From a virus (taxonomy: Duplodnaviria > Caudoviricetes): DNA of 64,000 nt. Every line of letters starts with the position of its first letter. Positions within the stretch are counted from its first letter, which is position 1. A program made the position numbers and the translations under genes. This document shows positions 38,888-47,094 of this stretch, piece by piece. The DNA lies in the IMG/VR virus record IMGVR_UViG_3300016649_000097, positions 1 to 64,000 of that record; one strand, 5' to 3'. The notes under the pieces were generated by a model. That model worked only from the letters and a program-made list of their open reading frames with translations. It had not been told where the DNA came from and made no database searches.

Positions 38888-39167
38888 TAATCCTGTCTTC
38901 AATCTCAAAGTGCCGACACCGCGTGACATGGATAGAACTCCATGCCAAGAGAACGACCCTGAGATTTGGTTTCCAAGTGGCGAAACTTTGCCCGAAGATA
39001 CCGAGAAGATAAGAACGGCTAAGTCACTCTGTTCTATCTGCCATGAATCAAGTAAGTGTCTTTCATTCGCGGTAACGAACCGGATTCGTTATGGGATTTG
39101 GGGTGGCACTACGGAAGCAGAAAGATACAAACTTATTCGTAAAGCAGAACGGAATAAAAACAAATGA
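38829..39167 (+). CDS. whiB: WhiB-family transcription factor
   Basis: C...DPEIWFP...AKSLCSIC...CL..A...GIWGG. Confidence 0.9.
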   Translation: MRKVRPLRNLPSSQPKRATNNPVFNLKVPTPRDMDRTPCQENDPEIWFPSGETLPEDTEKIRTAKSLCSICHESSKCLSFAVTNRIRYGIWGGTTEAERYKLIRKAERNKNK

Positions 39168-39394
39168 AAACGAAAAACAAAAGTTGTGATGTTTGCTTTT
39201 CGTATGGTGTCCAAACAGTTGCCATTACAAGTGACAACTCCGGCACTAATACAAATGTTTGCTTTGTCTGCTTAGATGAATGGGAAAAACAAAATCCCAA
39301 TAATCGCTTATGCGAAATCTGTAATAAGAAACCGCCACGCACTTCTGAAAGTAAATACTGTCAGGAATGTCGTGATTGGTTTAAGAGAAGTTAG
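39164..39394 (+). CDS. Small Cys-rich protein
   Basis: Four CxxC pairs. Confidence 0.65.
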   Translation: MKTKNKSCDVCFSYGVQTVAITSDNSGTNTNVCFVCLDEWEKQNPNNRLCEICNKKPPRTSESKYCQECRDWFKRS

Positions 39395-39401
39395 GAGAAT
39401 C

Positions 39402-39845
39402 GTGGTTAATACATTCTTGCCCTATCCCGACTTTGTTAAGTCGGCTCAATCGCTGGATTACAAAAGACTTGGTAAGCAACGAGTAGAAGCGTGGCAAATA
39501 CTTCGTGCGCTTCGTGGCGAAACTAAAGGTTGGCGTAATCACCCTGCCACTAACTTGTGGCGTGGTCACGAGAAGTTACTTTGTGAATACGGAATTGCTA
39601 TCTGTGATGAATGGATTGCTCGTGGTTACAAAGACACTATGCGCGAAAGATTTATCGCGTTACATTCTTTGCTTCCTGATTGTGAAGTGCCTAGTTGGTT
39701 TGGAAGTGGCTTCTTCCACACTTCGCACATGAGTAATCTAAAACGCAAAGACCCGACTTACTATCAGTTTAATGTTGCTGACAATCTTCCTTATGTTTGG
39801 TTTAACAACGAAACAAAGGAACTTTATGTAAAGGAAACAAAGTGA
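39402..39845 (+). CDS. Pyrimidine-dimer DNA glycosylase-like (MSMEG_6728/T4 endoV family)
   Basis: TFLPYPDF...LDYKRLGKQRVEAWQIL...GWRNHPA..WRG; GTG start after GGAG. Confidence 0.85.
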   Translation: MVNTFLPYPDFVKSAQSLDYKRLGKQRVEAWQILRALRGETKGWRNHPATNLWRGHEKLLCEYGIAICDEWIARGYKDTMRERFIALHSLLPDCEVPSWFGSGFFHTSHMSNLKRKDPTYYQFNVADNLPYVWFNNETKELYVKETK

Positions 39846-40060
39846 GTGAATCAGAATGGCTAACGAACGACCAAGTAAGCGAGTTGTTAGGATTGAAGTA
39901 TTCAACTCTTTACACTTATCGAAAAAGAAACACCCTTCCCGAACCGGATACATATATCGGAAGAACTCCGGTGTGGAAAAGAAAAACAATAGAAGATTGG
40001 AAACTCAATCGAAAAGAAATTGAATTGGTTGATGAAACTGATTCAGTAACTAACACATAG
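39842..40060 (+). CDS. AlpA/Xis-like HTH protein (possible excisionase)
   Basis: WLTNDQVSELLGLKYSTLYTYR...LPEPD..IGRTPVW. Confidence 0.8.
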   Translation: MSESEWLTNDQVSELLGLKYSTLYTYRKRNTLPEPDTYIGRTPVWKRKTIEDWKLNRKEIELVDETDSVTNT

Positions 40061-40102
40061 CGGAATTGCGAACTCTCTTCTAAGTCACTTAGTCACTATG
40101 TG

Positions 40103-40136
40103 AGCCCTCATTCTCAATCGGGAATGGGGGCTTTTT
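40103..40136 (+). terminator. Intrinsic terminator
   Basis: agccctcattctc-aatc-gggaatgggggct then T run. Confidence 0.7.
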
Positions 40137-40150
40137 CATGCCCTCTAAGT

Positions 40151-40251
40151 TACTCATCAGTAGAGGGGGCTTCGATTTGCGCTACAAGTTACCGACCCCT
40201 ACCCTTCGGTAACTTACTCGTGAGTAACCTACTCATGAGTAGAGGGGGCTT
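40151..40251. promoter_or_regulatory. Operator/att-like repeats upstream of recombinase
   Basis: TACTCAT(C/G)AGTAGAGGGGGCTT at 40151 and 40230; palindromes TACTCATGAGTA and near-palindrome TACTCGTGAGTA. Confidence 0.6.
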
Positions 40252-40253
40252 TA

Positions 40254-41531
40254 GTGGCTTATGTGGTCAAGCGTGGCGCACGCTTTACAGGCTATTACCG
40301 GAAGGGTTCTAAACGGCTTTCTGCTGGCACATGGGGCTCTTATAGTGAGGCTCAGTATCACGCGCTACGGCTAGAGAATGGGGGCTCTGAGAGCCCTTCT
40401 AGGGCTAATTTGACCCTCTCTGAGTATGCCGATAAATGGCTTCTAGGGGCAGAATTAGCACCTATCACGAAGAAGGGGTATGAATCCCTTTGGAAGAGGT
40501 ATCTCGACCCTCAAATCGGCTATAAACGCGTTTCTGAGGTATCCACGCTCGAAGTCCGGCAACTCTTGGTCGAACTAAAGGCACAAAAGGTAGGAAACGC
40601 CACAATCGCCCAAATCAGGGCAATCTTGGGCTCTCTGTATAAATGGCTCATAGAGGCTCAAATCACCCAAACCAACCCAACTCAGGGCGTTCGGGTCAAA
40701 GTGGGCAAATCGGACATTACTCATGTGGTCGAGCCGGAAGACTTTAAGAAGATAGTTGGTCATCTCCCGTCAGAAGGTGCGAAGTTACTTGCCAAGTTCC
40801 TAGTCGCTTCAGGGGCTCGCTTTGGTGAAGCGATTGAGATTCGATTAAAAGATTTTGATTTCAATACAAAAGAAGTATTTATTCAGAGGCGAGCAAGTGA
40901 GTTAGGCAAGAAGCGTAACAACGGAGAAAGATTCCTGGTTGTAGAAGGCACTAAGTCCGGTTACAAGCGCGTAGTGGTGCTACCGGAAGCCCTAATACAA
41001 GAGATTCAGGCATTTGTCAGGGCTAATCGAATAGGAAAAGAAGAGTTAGTCTTTGAGAAAAGCAAAGTCATACCAAAAGATAAACTAAAGAGTTCTCGTG
41101 GCACACAAAAGTCTTCACGACCATTCGTGAAAGACGGAAAACTGTTCCAACATGGCACGCTCAGGGCTTACGCAAGTGGGTCTTGTAGGTGTGACGATTG
41201 CAGAGCGATAGTTCGAGAGTATCGAAGGTCGCAAAGAGCAAAGTCATACCAAAAGGGTGAGGTCATACTTGATGAACCGAGTCACCTGCCACGAGATACA
41301 TGGAGAACCATTTGGAACAAAGCAATAGCCAAGTCAGGAATGGGTTGGTATCCAAGAACTCACGACTTACGGCATGCGAACGCAACGCAGTTACTCAAAA
41401 ACGGCGTTGATGTCCATGAAGTAAAGGAGAGATTGGGTCATCAATCCATAAAAACTACCGAACGCTATTTACACCGCGTTCGACACCAGAAGTCAAAGGC
41501 AAGTGAAGTAGTCAATGACTTTCTGGGCTAG
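40254..41531 (+). CDS. int: Tyrosine recombinase/integrase with Zn-ribbon insertion
   Basis: SGARFGEA (R), HDLRH, LGH, TERY; inserted HGT...CRCDDC. Confidence 0.9.
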   Translation: MAYVVKRGARFTGYYRKGSKRLSAGTWGSYSEAQYHALRLENGGSESPSRANLTLSEYADKWLLGAELAPITKKGYESLWKRYLDPQIGYKRVSEVSTLEVRQLLVELKAQKVGNATIAQIRAILGSLYKWLIEAQITQTNPTQGVRVKVGKSDITHVVEPEDFKKIVGHLPSEGAKLLAKFLVASGARFGEAIEIRLKDFDFNTKEVFIQRRASELGKKRNNGERFLVVEGTKSGYKRVVVLPEALIQEIQAFVRANRIGKEELVFEKSKVIPKDKLKSSRGTQKSSRPFVKDGKLFQHGTLRAYASGSCRCDDCRAIVREYRRSQRAKSYQKGEVILDEPSHLPRDTWRTIWNKAIAKSGMGWYPRTHDLRHANATQLLKNGVDVHEVKERLGHQSIKTTERYLHRVRHQKSKASEVVNDFLG

Positions 41532-42157
41532 GAGAACTGATGAAACTAGAAACACAGAACCGACTAGTGGTGCTTGTCCTATCCACCGCCTTCATTTCGG
41601 GGGCATTTGGAATAGGTCGAGTAACTCCGGCATTTAGCCCAACTAAAGCCGAAGCACTAGCGATTGAGCAGGAGTCCAGCGACAAGTTGCTTACCAAGTT
41701 CGAGAACGCTCACAAGTTGAGCGACCAAGAACTAATAGCCTTACTGAAAGCAGTAGGGTTCGAAGGCAAAGCACTACGAGAAGCATGGGCAATCGCCAAG
41801 AAAGAATCAACAGGAAGACCGCTCGCCCATAACCCAAACGCCTCAACAGGCGACAACTCATACGGCTTGTTTCAGATAAACATGCTAGGAACTTTGGGAG
41901 AAGAGCGTCGTGAAAAGTTTGGATTGGAATTCAATGCCGAACTGCTAAATCCTGTGGTCAATGCTCAAGTTGCTTATCACATGAGCAACGGAGGCAAAGA
42001 TTGGAGTGCATGGAAGGGGATTACTCAGCGAACCAAAGAATGGATAGCGAAGTTCCCGGAGAGCAAGCCAAAGCCAAAGCAATAGCAAAAGGCAAAGGCA
42101 ACAAGTGAATAGCGAAAGCAATAGGTAAAGGCTTAGAAAGCAAAGTCATACCAAAAG
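41061..42157 (+). repeat. Three exact copies of AGCAAAGTCATACCAAAAG
   Basis: At 41061-41079, 41237-41255 and 42139-42157. Confidence 0.9.
41540..42085 (+). CDS. Exported lytic transglycosylase/lysozyme-like protein
   Basis: Signal peptide; AIAKKESTG, DNSYGLFQINM, LLNPVVNAQVA, WSAW. Confidence 0.85.
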   Translation: MKLETQNRLVVLVLSTAFISGAFGIGRVTPAFSPTKAEALAIEQESSDKLLTKFENAHKLSDQELIALLKAVGFEGKALREAWAIAKKESTGRPLAHNPNASTGDNSYGLFQINMLGTLGEERREKFGLEFNAELLNPVVNAQVAYHMSNGGKDWSAWKGITQRTKEWIAKFPESKPKPKQ

Positions 42158-42171
42158 CAATAGCAAAAGAG

Positions 42172-42203
42172 AAAGCCCCCTAATTTGAGTTAGGGGGTTT
42201 TTT
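42172..42203 (+). terminator. Intrinsic terminator closing the plus-strand island
   Basis: aaagccccctaa-tttgag-ttagggggtttttt. Confidence 0.8.
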
Positions 42204-42230
42204 CTACTATCGTTTATTTAGGAGGGTCAT

Positions 42231-42473
42231 ATGACACACGAAGAATTGTTAGAAAAGATACGAGTATTTTTAGTTGCCACAGAACTTCAATCTATGGATG
42301 AGAACTTTGAAGGCACTAAAATGCTAAAAGCCCTTCATTCGGTAGTGGAGTTACATAAGCCTTGTGATTGTGATGAGGCGCATTGCGATTACTGTACTGA
42401 CCTTGGCAATTTGTTTTCTAATCAGTCTTACCCTTGTCCAACTATTAAGGCTATTGAGAAGGAATTGATGTAA
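42231..42473 (+). CDS. Hypothetical protein
   Basis: GGAGG RBS; ELHKP...C..C...YPCPT. Confidence 0.7.
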   Translation: MTHEELLEKIRVFLVATELQSMDENFEGTKMLKALHSVVELHKPCDCDEAHCDYCTDLGNLFSNQSYPCPTIKAIEKELM

Positions 42474-42894
42474 CGCAAGTACAAGTTACACAGTGCTGAC
42501 GATTCCAAGCACGCTGAGTATTTAGAGAGGGGGTAACGGCTTCAAGATGTTCAGGATTAACACAAAGTTTTTTATTACAGAGATGGTCAATGACATGACC
42601 TTCGGGAATCTCTCCCTTAACAAGCAGATAAACAACTCTATGAGCGACAGTTGCTTTGCCCTTCCACTTAATGCTTCCATAGCCAGATTTATGAATAGAA
42701 CCTGTCCAGATATGGCAACCAGACTCATCAACAGAATGTCTAATAAGTGGATTCATAGCAATAGGGCCAGGTGGTCTGCCATTGGTAACGCAGGAGACGC
42801 ACCTAGCCCTACGACCATCAGATTTAACTCTAGGGTCTTTGTAAAACTCTTCAATAGGCTTATCTTGCTTACACTGACGGCACAATCTATTCAT
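42451..42894 (-). CDS. HNH homing-type endonuclease
   Basis: GCHIWTG...GYG...AHRVVY...IDHLCNKKLCVNPEHL. Confidence 0.88.
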   Translation of the reverse strand: MNRLCRQCKQDKPIEEFYKDPRVKSDGRRARCVSCVTNGRPPGPIAMNPLIRHSVDESGCHIWTGSIHKSGYGSIKWKGKATVAHRVVYLLVKGEIPEGHVIDHLCNKKLCVNPEHLEAVTPSLNTQRAWNRQHCVTCTCVTSIPSQ

Positions 42895-42915
42895 ACCGTC
42901 AGTGTATCGCAAGTA

Positions 42916-44958
42916 TCAGTTGTGCGAGGCTGAAGTGTTCTCCTTAATGAACTTCACTTCGCATGCGTCTGTAACGCAATAACTTTCTCCAGCAGCGTCT
43001 GCTGCCATTCCAGCATAGACTCCACTGAAGTCAATAGGAAAGAGATTCATTGTGGCTTCTAAGTAATCTTCTTCATCTACCTGCGTGTACGGCATCTGTG
43101 GATAGACGTGGTTACCACTTGGCAAAAAGGATACGGTCTTTAACTGACCGTCATACATATGCAAAGCCGTACCAATAGCCGAAGCCTCAGTCTCAGGGTC
43201 AAAACTGATAGTCACACTTACAGAGTTATCTGACCAGTATCTCTGTGCAGTAGCAGCAAGAGCCATCTTCTCGTAAATACTTACATCCTTCTCAGAACGT
43301 ATAGCGTTTGCCTTTACAGGAAAGAAGACAACAGAAGTCGTATCAGGAGATTCATTTGCGGGCTCAACTTTATATTGCGCCATTCTAAATAACGGAAGCA
43401 TTGGGTCATTGTTTGCGAAACGAATTGCACGCAAGAAGTATTGACCACCTACAGACCAGTGAACTCCGGGAGATTCTCCTGCAAGAATGGAGACTGTTCC
43501 ACTTGGCTTTACAGTTGTAGTCTTGATTGACTCACGGATACCTAACCATTCAGAGTATGTCTTGTCATATCCCTGGATGACTTGATAGCCAGCGTCCATC
43601 CACTCACGCAATACAGGCAAACCCTTTGTATCTGCAAAGTTTGCAACGCCAGATATAGAAGTTCCAATGCGCCTATTTCTTTGCATTATGGCGTTGGTCT
43701 CTTCCCAGTGAGTAGGTAGAAGTGTTACAGTCTTTGCATAGAGGTATGCAAACTTTAGAGTGCGCTTGAAGTCTTCTAAATCTTCGTGGCGATTTAAGTA
43801 AGTCTCAACCAGCGTGCAGCACTCGAATGACTCAAGACTCTGTTCAGCACAGGGGTTGTAGCCAGCCACACGCCAATCCTTGTTATTGATTGGGTCAGCA
43901 AGACGACCATACTTGCGAGACACATCCATCCAGATGACTCCGGGCTCACCATTACGAGCGATGCCATCAATGATTGGGGTTAAGTCTTGACCTACCGATA
44001 CCTCAACCGAGTTGTTGGACATCCAGCCATGAGCCATACGCTCAGGGTGCTTTTCATAGTTCTTAAGATTGAGGAACTCTTCATCATCAAGTCGACCCAT
44101 AAGTAACTCAGCAGAGCGACGCACATTGCCAGAGACAACACAGACACCAATCATGTTGCCAATGTCAGCGATATCTCTGCGAGTTAACTTCTGACCAGCA
44201 CGACCCTCAAACAACTCAACAATAAGTGAGTGGAGTTTTACTAACGGCTCTGGACCTGCTGCGGTTCCACCAAAGGTCTTAATTGGCTCTCCTGCTACAC
44301 GAATCTTTGCGTAGTCAAATACTGGAAGTTTGGAATCTGGTCGTAGGTATGCATTGATAAGGGTCGCTACTGACTCAACCCAACCCTCTCTTGTATCTGG
44401 AATCTCATAAAAGTCTCCCTGCTGTGGGGCATAGATTGTGAAGTCTTTGTCTGCGCCCTTGTCATCAAAGCCGACACCAACGCCCAGCATTGATGCTTCC
44501 ATTAAGAAAGCGAACGGCTTTGCTGGGTCTGTCTTTGTCATTGAACCAGTTGATACGAATGCACAGTTCTGTAGGGCTGCCGAGTTCCTTTGTACATTTA
44601 CAAGAGGCGTACCCATTACCCATAGCCCACGTCCGGGTGGTGTCCACTTCAAATTGAAGAGTCGGTCAAAGGCCTCCTTTGCTGAGGCTGCTGCCTTGGC
44701 GTCAGACCATGGCAAGCGTTGACTCTTGGCGTGGTCCTTCTGTAATGAGTACATGCCATTGATTACGCGTTCGCATACATCAACCCATGTCTCTTTACGA
44801 CCATCTTCCTTTATACGTGAATAGGTACGGAGAAAAGTAATCTCTCCTACCGAGTTCCCTCCAGCATCTCTGTATCCAAACGGAGCCTTCTTGTCTTTGT
44901 ACTGAGCGAGAAAGTCTTCAGCCAACTTAAAAGAAAAGTAATTCATTTCCCCTACCAT
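42916..44958 (-). CDS. nrdJ: Class II (adenosylcobalamin-dependent) monomeric ribonucleotide reductase
   Basis: TPPGRGLW, NCAF, GNVRRSAE, NPCAEQSL, CCTL, TTVKPSGTVS, C-terminal CVTDAC. Confidence 0.93.
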   Translation of the reverse strand: MVGEMNYFSFKLAEDFLAQYKDKKAPFGYRDAGGNSVGEITFLRTYSRIKEDGRKETWVDVCERVINGMYSLQKDHAKSQRLPWSDAKAAASAKEAFDRLFNLKWTPPGRGLWVMGTPLVNVQRNSAALQNCAFVSTGSMTKTDPAKPFAFLMEASMLGVGVGFDDKGADKDFTIYAPQQGDFYEIPDTREGWVESVATLINAYLRPDSKLPVFDYAKIRVAGEPIKTFGGTAAGPEPLVKLHSLIVELFEGRAGQKLTRRDIADIGNMIGVCVVSGNVRRSAELLMGRLDDEEFLNLKNYEKHPERMAHGWMSNNSVEVSVGQDLTPIIDGIARNGEPGVIWMDVSRKYGRLADPINNKDWRVAGYNPCAEQSLESFECCTLVETYLNRHEDLEDFKRTLKFAYLYAKTVTLLPTHWEETNAIMQRNRRIGTSISGVANFADTKGLPVLREWMDAGYQVIQGYDKTYSEWLGIRESIKTTTVKPSGTVSILAGESPGVHWSVGGQYFLRAIRFANNDPMLPLFRMAQYKVEPANESPDTTSVVFFPVKANAIRSEKDVSIYEKMALAATAQRYWSDNSVSVTISFDPETEASAIGTALHMYDGQLKTVSFLPSGNHVYPQMPYTQVDEEDYLEATMNLFPIDFSGVYAGMAADAAGESYCVTDACEVKFIKENTSASHN

Positions 44959-45105
44959 TTCATAAGATTGTCAAATACCCCTATAAGGGAGGCATATTGT
45001 GATGGGGCGAAACCTATCACGCACTTGTTAATTTAATTTAATACTTTTGCAATCTGTACAGGGTGAACCCTGATTCAGGCCCTGATAATTGCTGTTATCA
45101 GGTAA

Positions 45106-46608
45106 CTACTCTTCTATTGACTCCGATATAATCTTTGTAACGGTGTCCTCTTTGAGGGTCTCAGGTAACTCTCTCAGTGCTTGAGCACGGTCTCCAAAGA
45201 TGGCTGAGAGCACTCCACCAGCGCTCTGTCTCTGAGCAGTAATCTGTATAAACTCTTTATTAGATTCCATTTCCTTGACCTGATTGACTAACTTAAATAG
45301 CCGGTCAATCTCCTGTGAGACGTTAGGGTCTGCGTATCCACCGTTCATTTCCTCAGCGAAACGCATGAACGCTACACGCTGCCCCTGCATCTCAATTATG
45401 GCTGTGAGCAGGGCTTTTAATTGTTCTTTGGTCTTTACTTCGACAGGAAGATTGAATGCACAAGCATTATCAGGCTTAAAGGCAGGGCAATTAGCAGCGA
45501 CAAAGCAAGTATTGCACTGACGAATTGAACCGCTCTGCGTTTGAATGACGGGTACGTCTTTGAGGACATCTCTTCCATTCTCATCCGTTTCTACTACAGT
45601 CTTCGTATTAAACCCGAAAACAGGAAGATTTCGCATCTCTTCAGGGTCTCGTGGAACCACTCCACTACGCTCCACTTTCCGCCCTTCTACTCCACTGTTA
45701 TCAGAAGGTACCCCCATCAATTCCATCAAACCAGACATAAGGGGTGTTTCACTATTATCAGATACTTCGGACTCTTTGCCGCCCTCGATAATGTGTAAAT
45801 CGGGTCTTTTCTTATCCATTGACTTCTCCAGTTGTAGGTATGACCACACGGCAACCCTAGTGGCTTCAAGGGTACTATCTTTGACAAACTCTGAATAGTC
45901 CAGTCCTGCGCTTTCAACAATGGCCTTGTAACGAGGTCTGGCTTGGTCTTTCATCTTCTTTGGATATCTAACTAACTTGGTGCCATCCCAGACGATTGTC
46001 TCGCCTCTTCTCATGGGCGAAAGCCATGACAATGTGCTGGCTGTAGCAAATGGTATCTGTCTTAGGTTGTCTGGCTTGGCACATCCAAGAGCGTGATAGC
46101 GGGCTCCATATTGCCTCTCGTAGGCTCTGGTTATACCTGCCAGATTAGTTACCGATTCAATCTCTTCATTAGGTATTGCAACATTTTGGAATTGCTCAGA
46201 AAGGTCTTTAAGGTTCTTTATCCCATACTCTTGATGCCAGATGACCCATAGTTTAGGGTCGTTACTAAAGAAAGAACGTTGTTGCTCCACCCATTGTTGG
46301 CCCAAAACTTGTGAATCAAACTCTTGAAAGGCTGCGGCTCTATCGGCGTTGTTAACTAGAAACTCTTGATAGTCGGCGGCTAGGTCTAGTAACTCTTGTT
46401 TGGACAGACCGGCCTTGTCCGCTTGTGATGCACCTGACTCAATGTAAACATTTGCAATGTCTTCAAAATGTTCAGATATAAGCCAAATCTTTGTTTTAGG
46501 CAGTCCCCTTTTTCTAAGACCCCAATAGTTGAGACCCATGTTAGTAACTTGAACGCCCTCCAAAAGGGTGCGGTTACTTCCTACCTCTGTTCCTGAGAAT
46601 ATGAGCAT
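45106..46608 (-). CDS. TGT/DpdA-like TIM-barrel protein with C-terminal Cys4 domain, apparently degenerate
   Basis: YIESGA, YQEFL, WVIWH, YHALG, STLSWLSPMRRG parallel to TGT-like motifs; CNTC...C...C. Confidence 0.5.
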   Translation of the reverse strand: MLIFSGTEVGSNRTLLEGVQVTNMGLNYWGLRKRGLPKTKIWLISEHFEDIANVYIESGASQADKAGLSKQELLDLAADYQEFLVNNADRAAAFQEFDSQVLGQQWVEQQRSFFSNDPKLWVIWHQEYGIKNLKDLSEQFQNVAIPNEEIESVTNLAGITRAYERQYGARYHALGCAKPDNLRQIPFATASTLSWLSPMRRGETIVWDGTKLVRYPKKMKDQARPRYKAIVESAGLDYSEFVKDSTLEATRVAVWSYLQLEKSMDKKRPDLHIIEGGKESEVSDNSETPLMSGLMELMGVPSDNSGVEGRKVERSGVVPRDPEEMRNLPVFGFNTKTVVETDENGRDVLKDVPVIQTQSGSIRQCNTCFVAANCPAFKPDNACAFNLPVEVKTKEQLKALLTAIIEMQGQRVAFMRFAEEMNGGYADPNVSQEIDRLFKLVNQVKEMESNKEFIQITAQRQSAGGVLSAIFGDRAQALRELPETLKEDTVTKIISESIEE

Positions 46609-47093
46609 CAGTCATCCCAAAGGTCTGCGTCTTTTGGCTGTGCTGCAAGTTTAGATTTAGCAATGTTAACGTTTGTAATGGCTGCTTCTATATCAGACCA
46701 TTTGCGTACCTTGCTTGGCGCATCGGGACGGTTCTCTATCGGCAAGTAACTTGGGTTACTGACCAGTAACGTAGCAATTCCTTGTTCCATAACCCATGCA
46801 CACATAGACGGGTCTGAGTCAACATATAGTTCTACAGGCGCTTTTTTACGACTCAATGTGAACTGCCGTTTCTTTAACTCTTCACCAGCCAATTCAACAG
46901 AGTTATCGAGCAGGTCATCATAGCCAATGATGCCAAGAGAGTTAAGCCAGTGCTTTGCATCTGCTGACTCGCTCTTTGTAATAAGAGCAACACGGTGAAA
47001 GTTGTTTAATGCGTAATAGACCAGTACTCCCGTTCGGTTTGGTTCTCCAGATTCCGCCCTAAGTACCCCGTCTAATGAAAGGATTATATTCAA
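46608..47093 (-). CDS. HAD-superfamily protein lacking first Asp
   Basis: IILSLDGVLR, LYVDSDP. Confidence 0.6.
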   Translation of the reverse strand: MNIILSLDGVLRAESGEPNRTGVLVYYALNNFHRVALITKSESADAKHWLNSLGIIGYDDLLDNSVELAGEELKKRQFTLSRKKAPVELYVDSDPSMCAWVMEQGIATLLVSNPSYLPIENRPDAPSKVRKWSDIEAAITNVNIAKSKLAAQPKDADLWDD

Positions 47094-47094
47094 A

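Noticed and set aside
44959-45105. Cobalamin riboswitch or NrdR box before nrdJ
   Set aside because: Region is too short and lacks the recognisable consensus.
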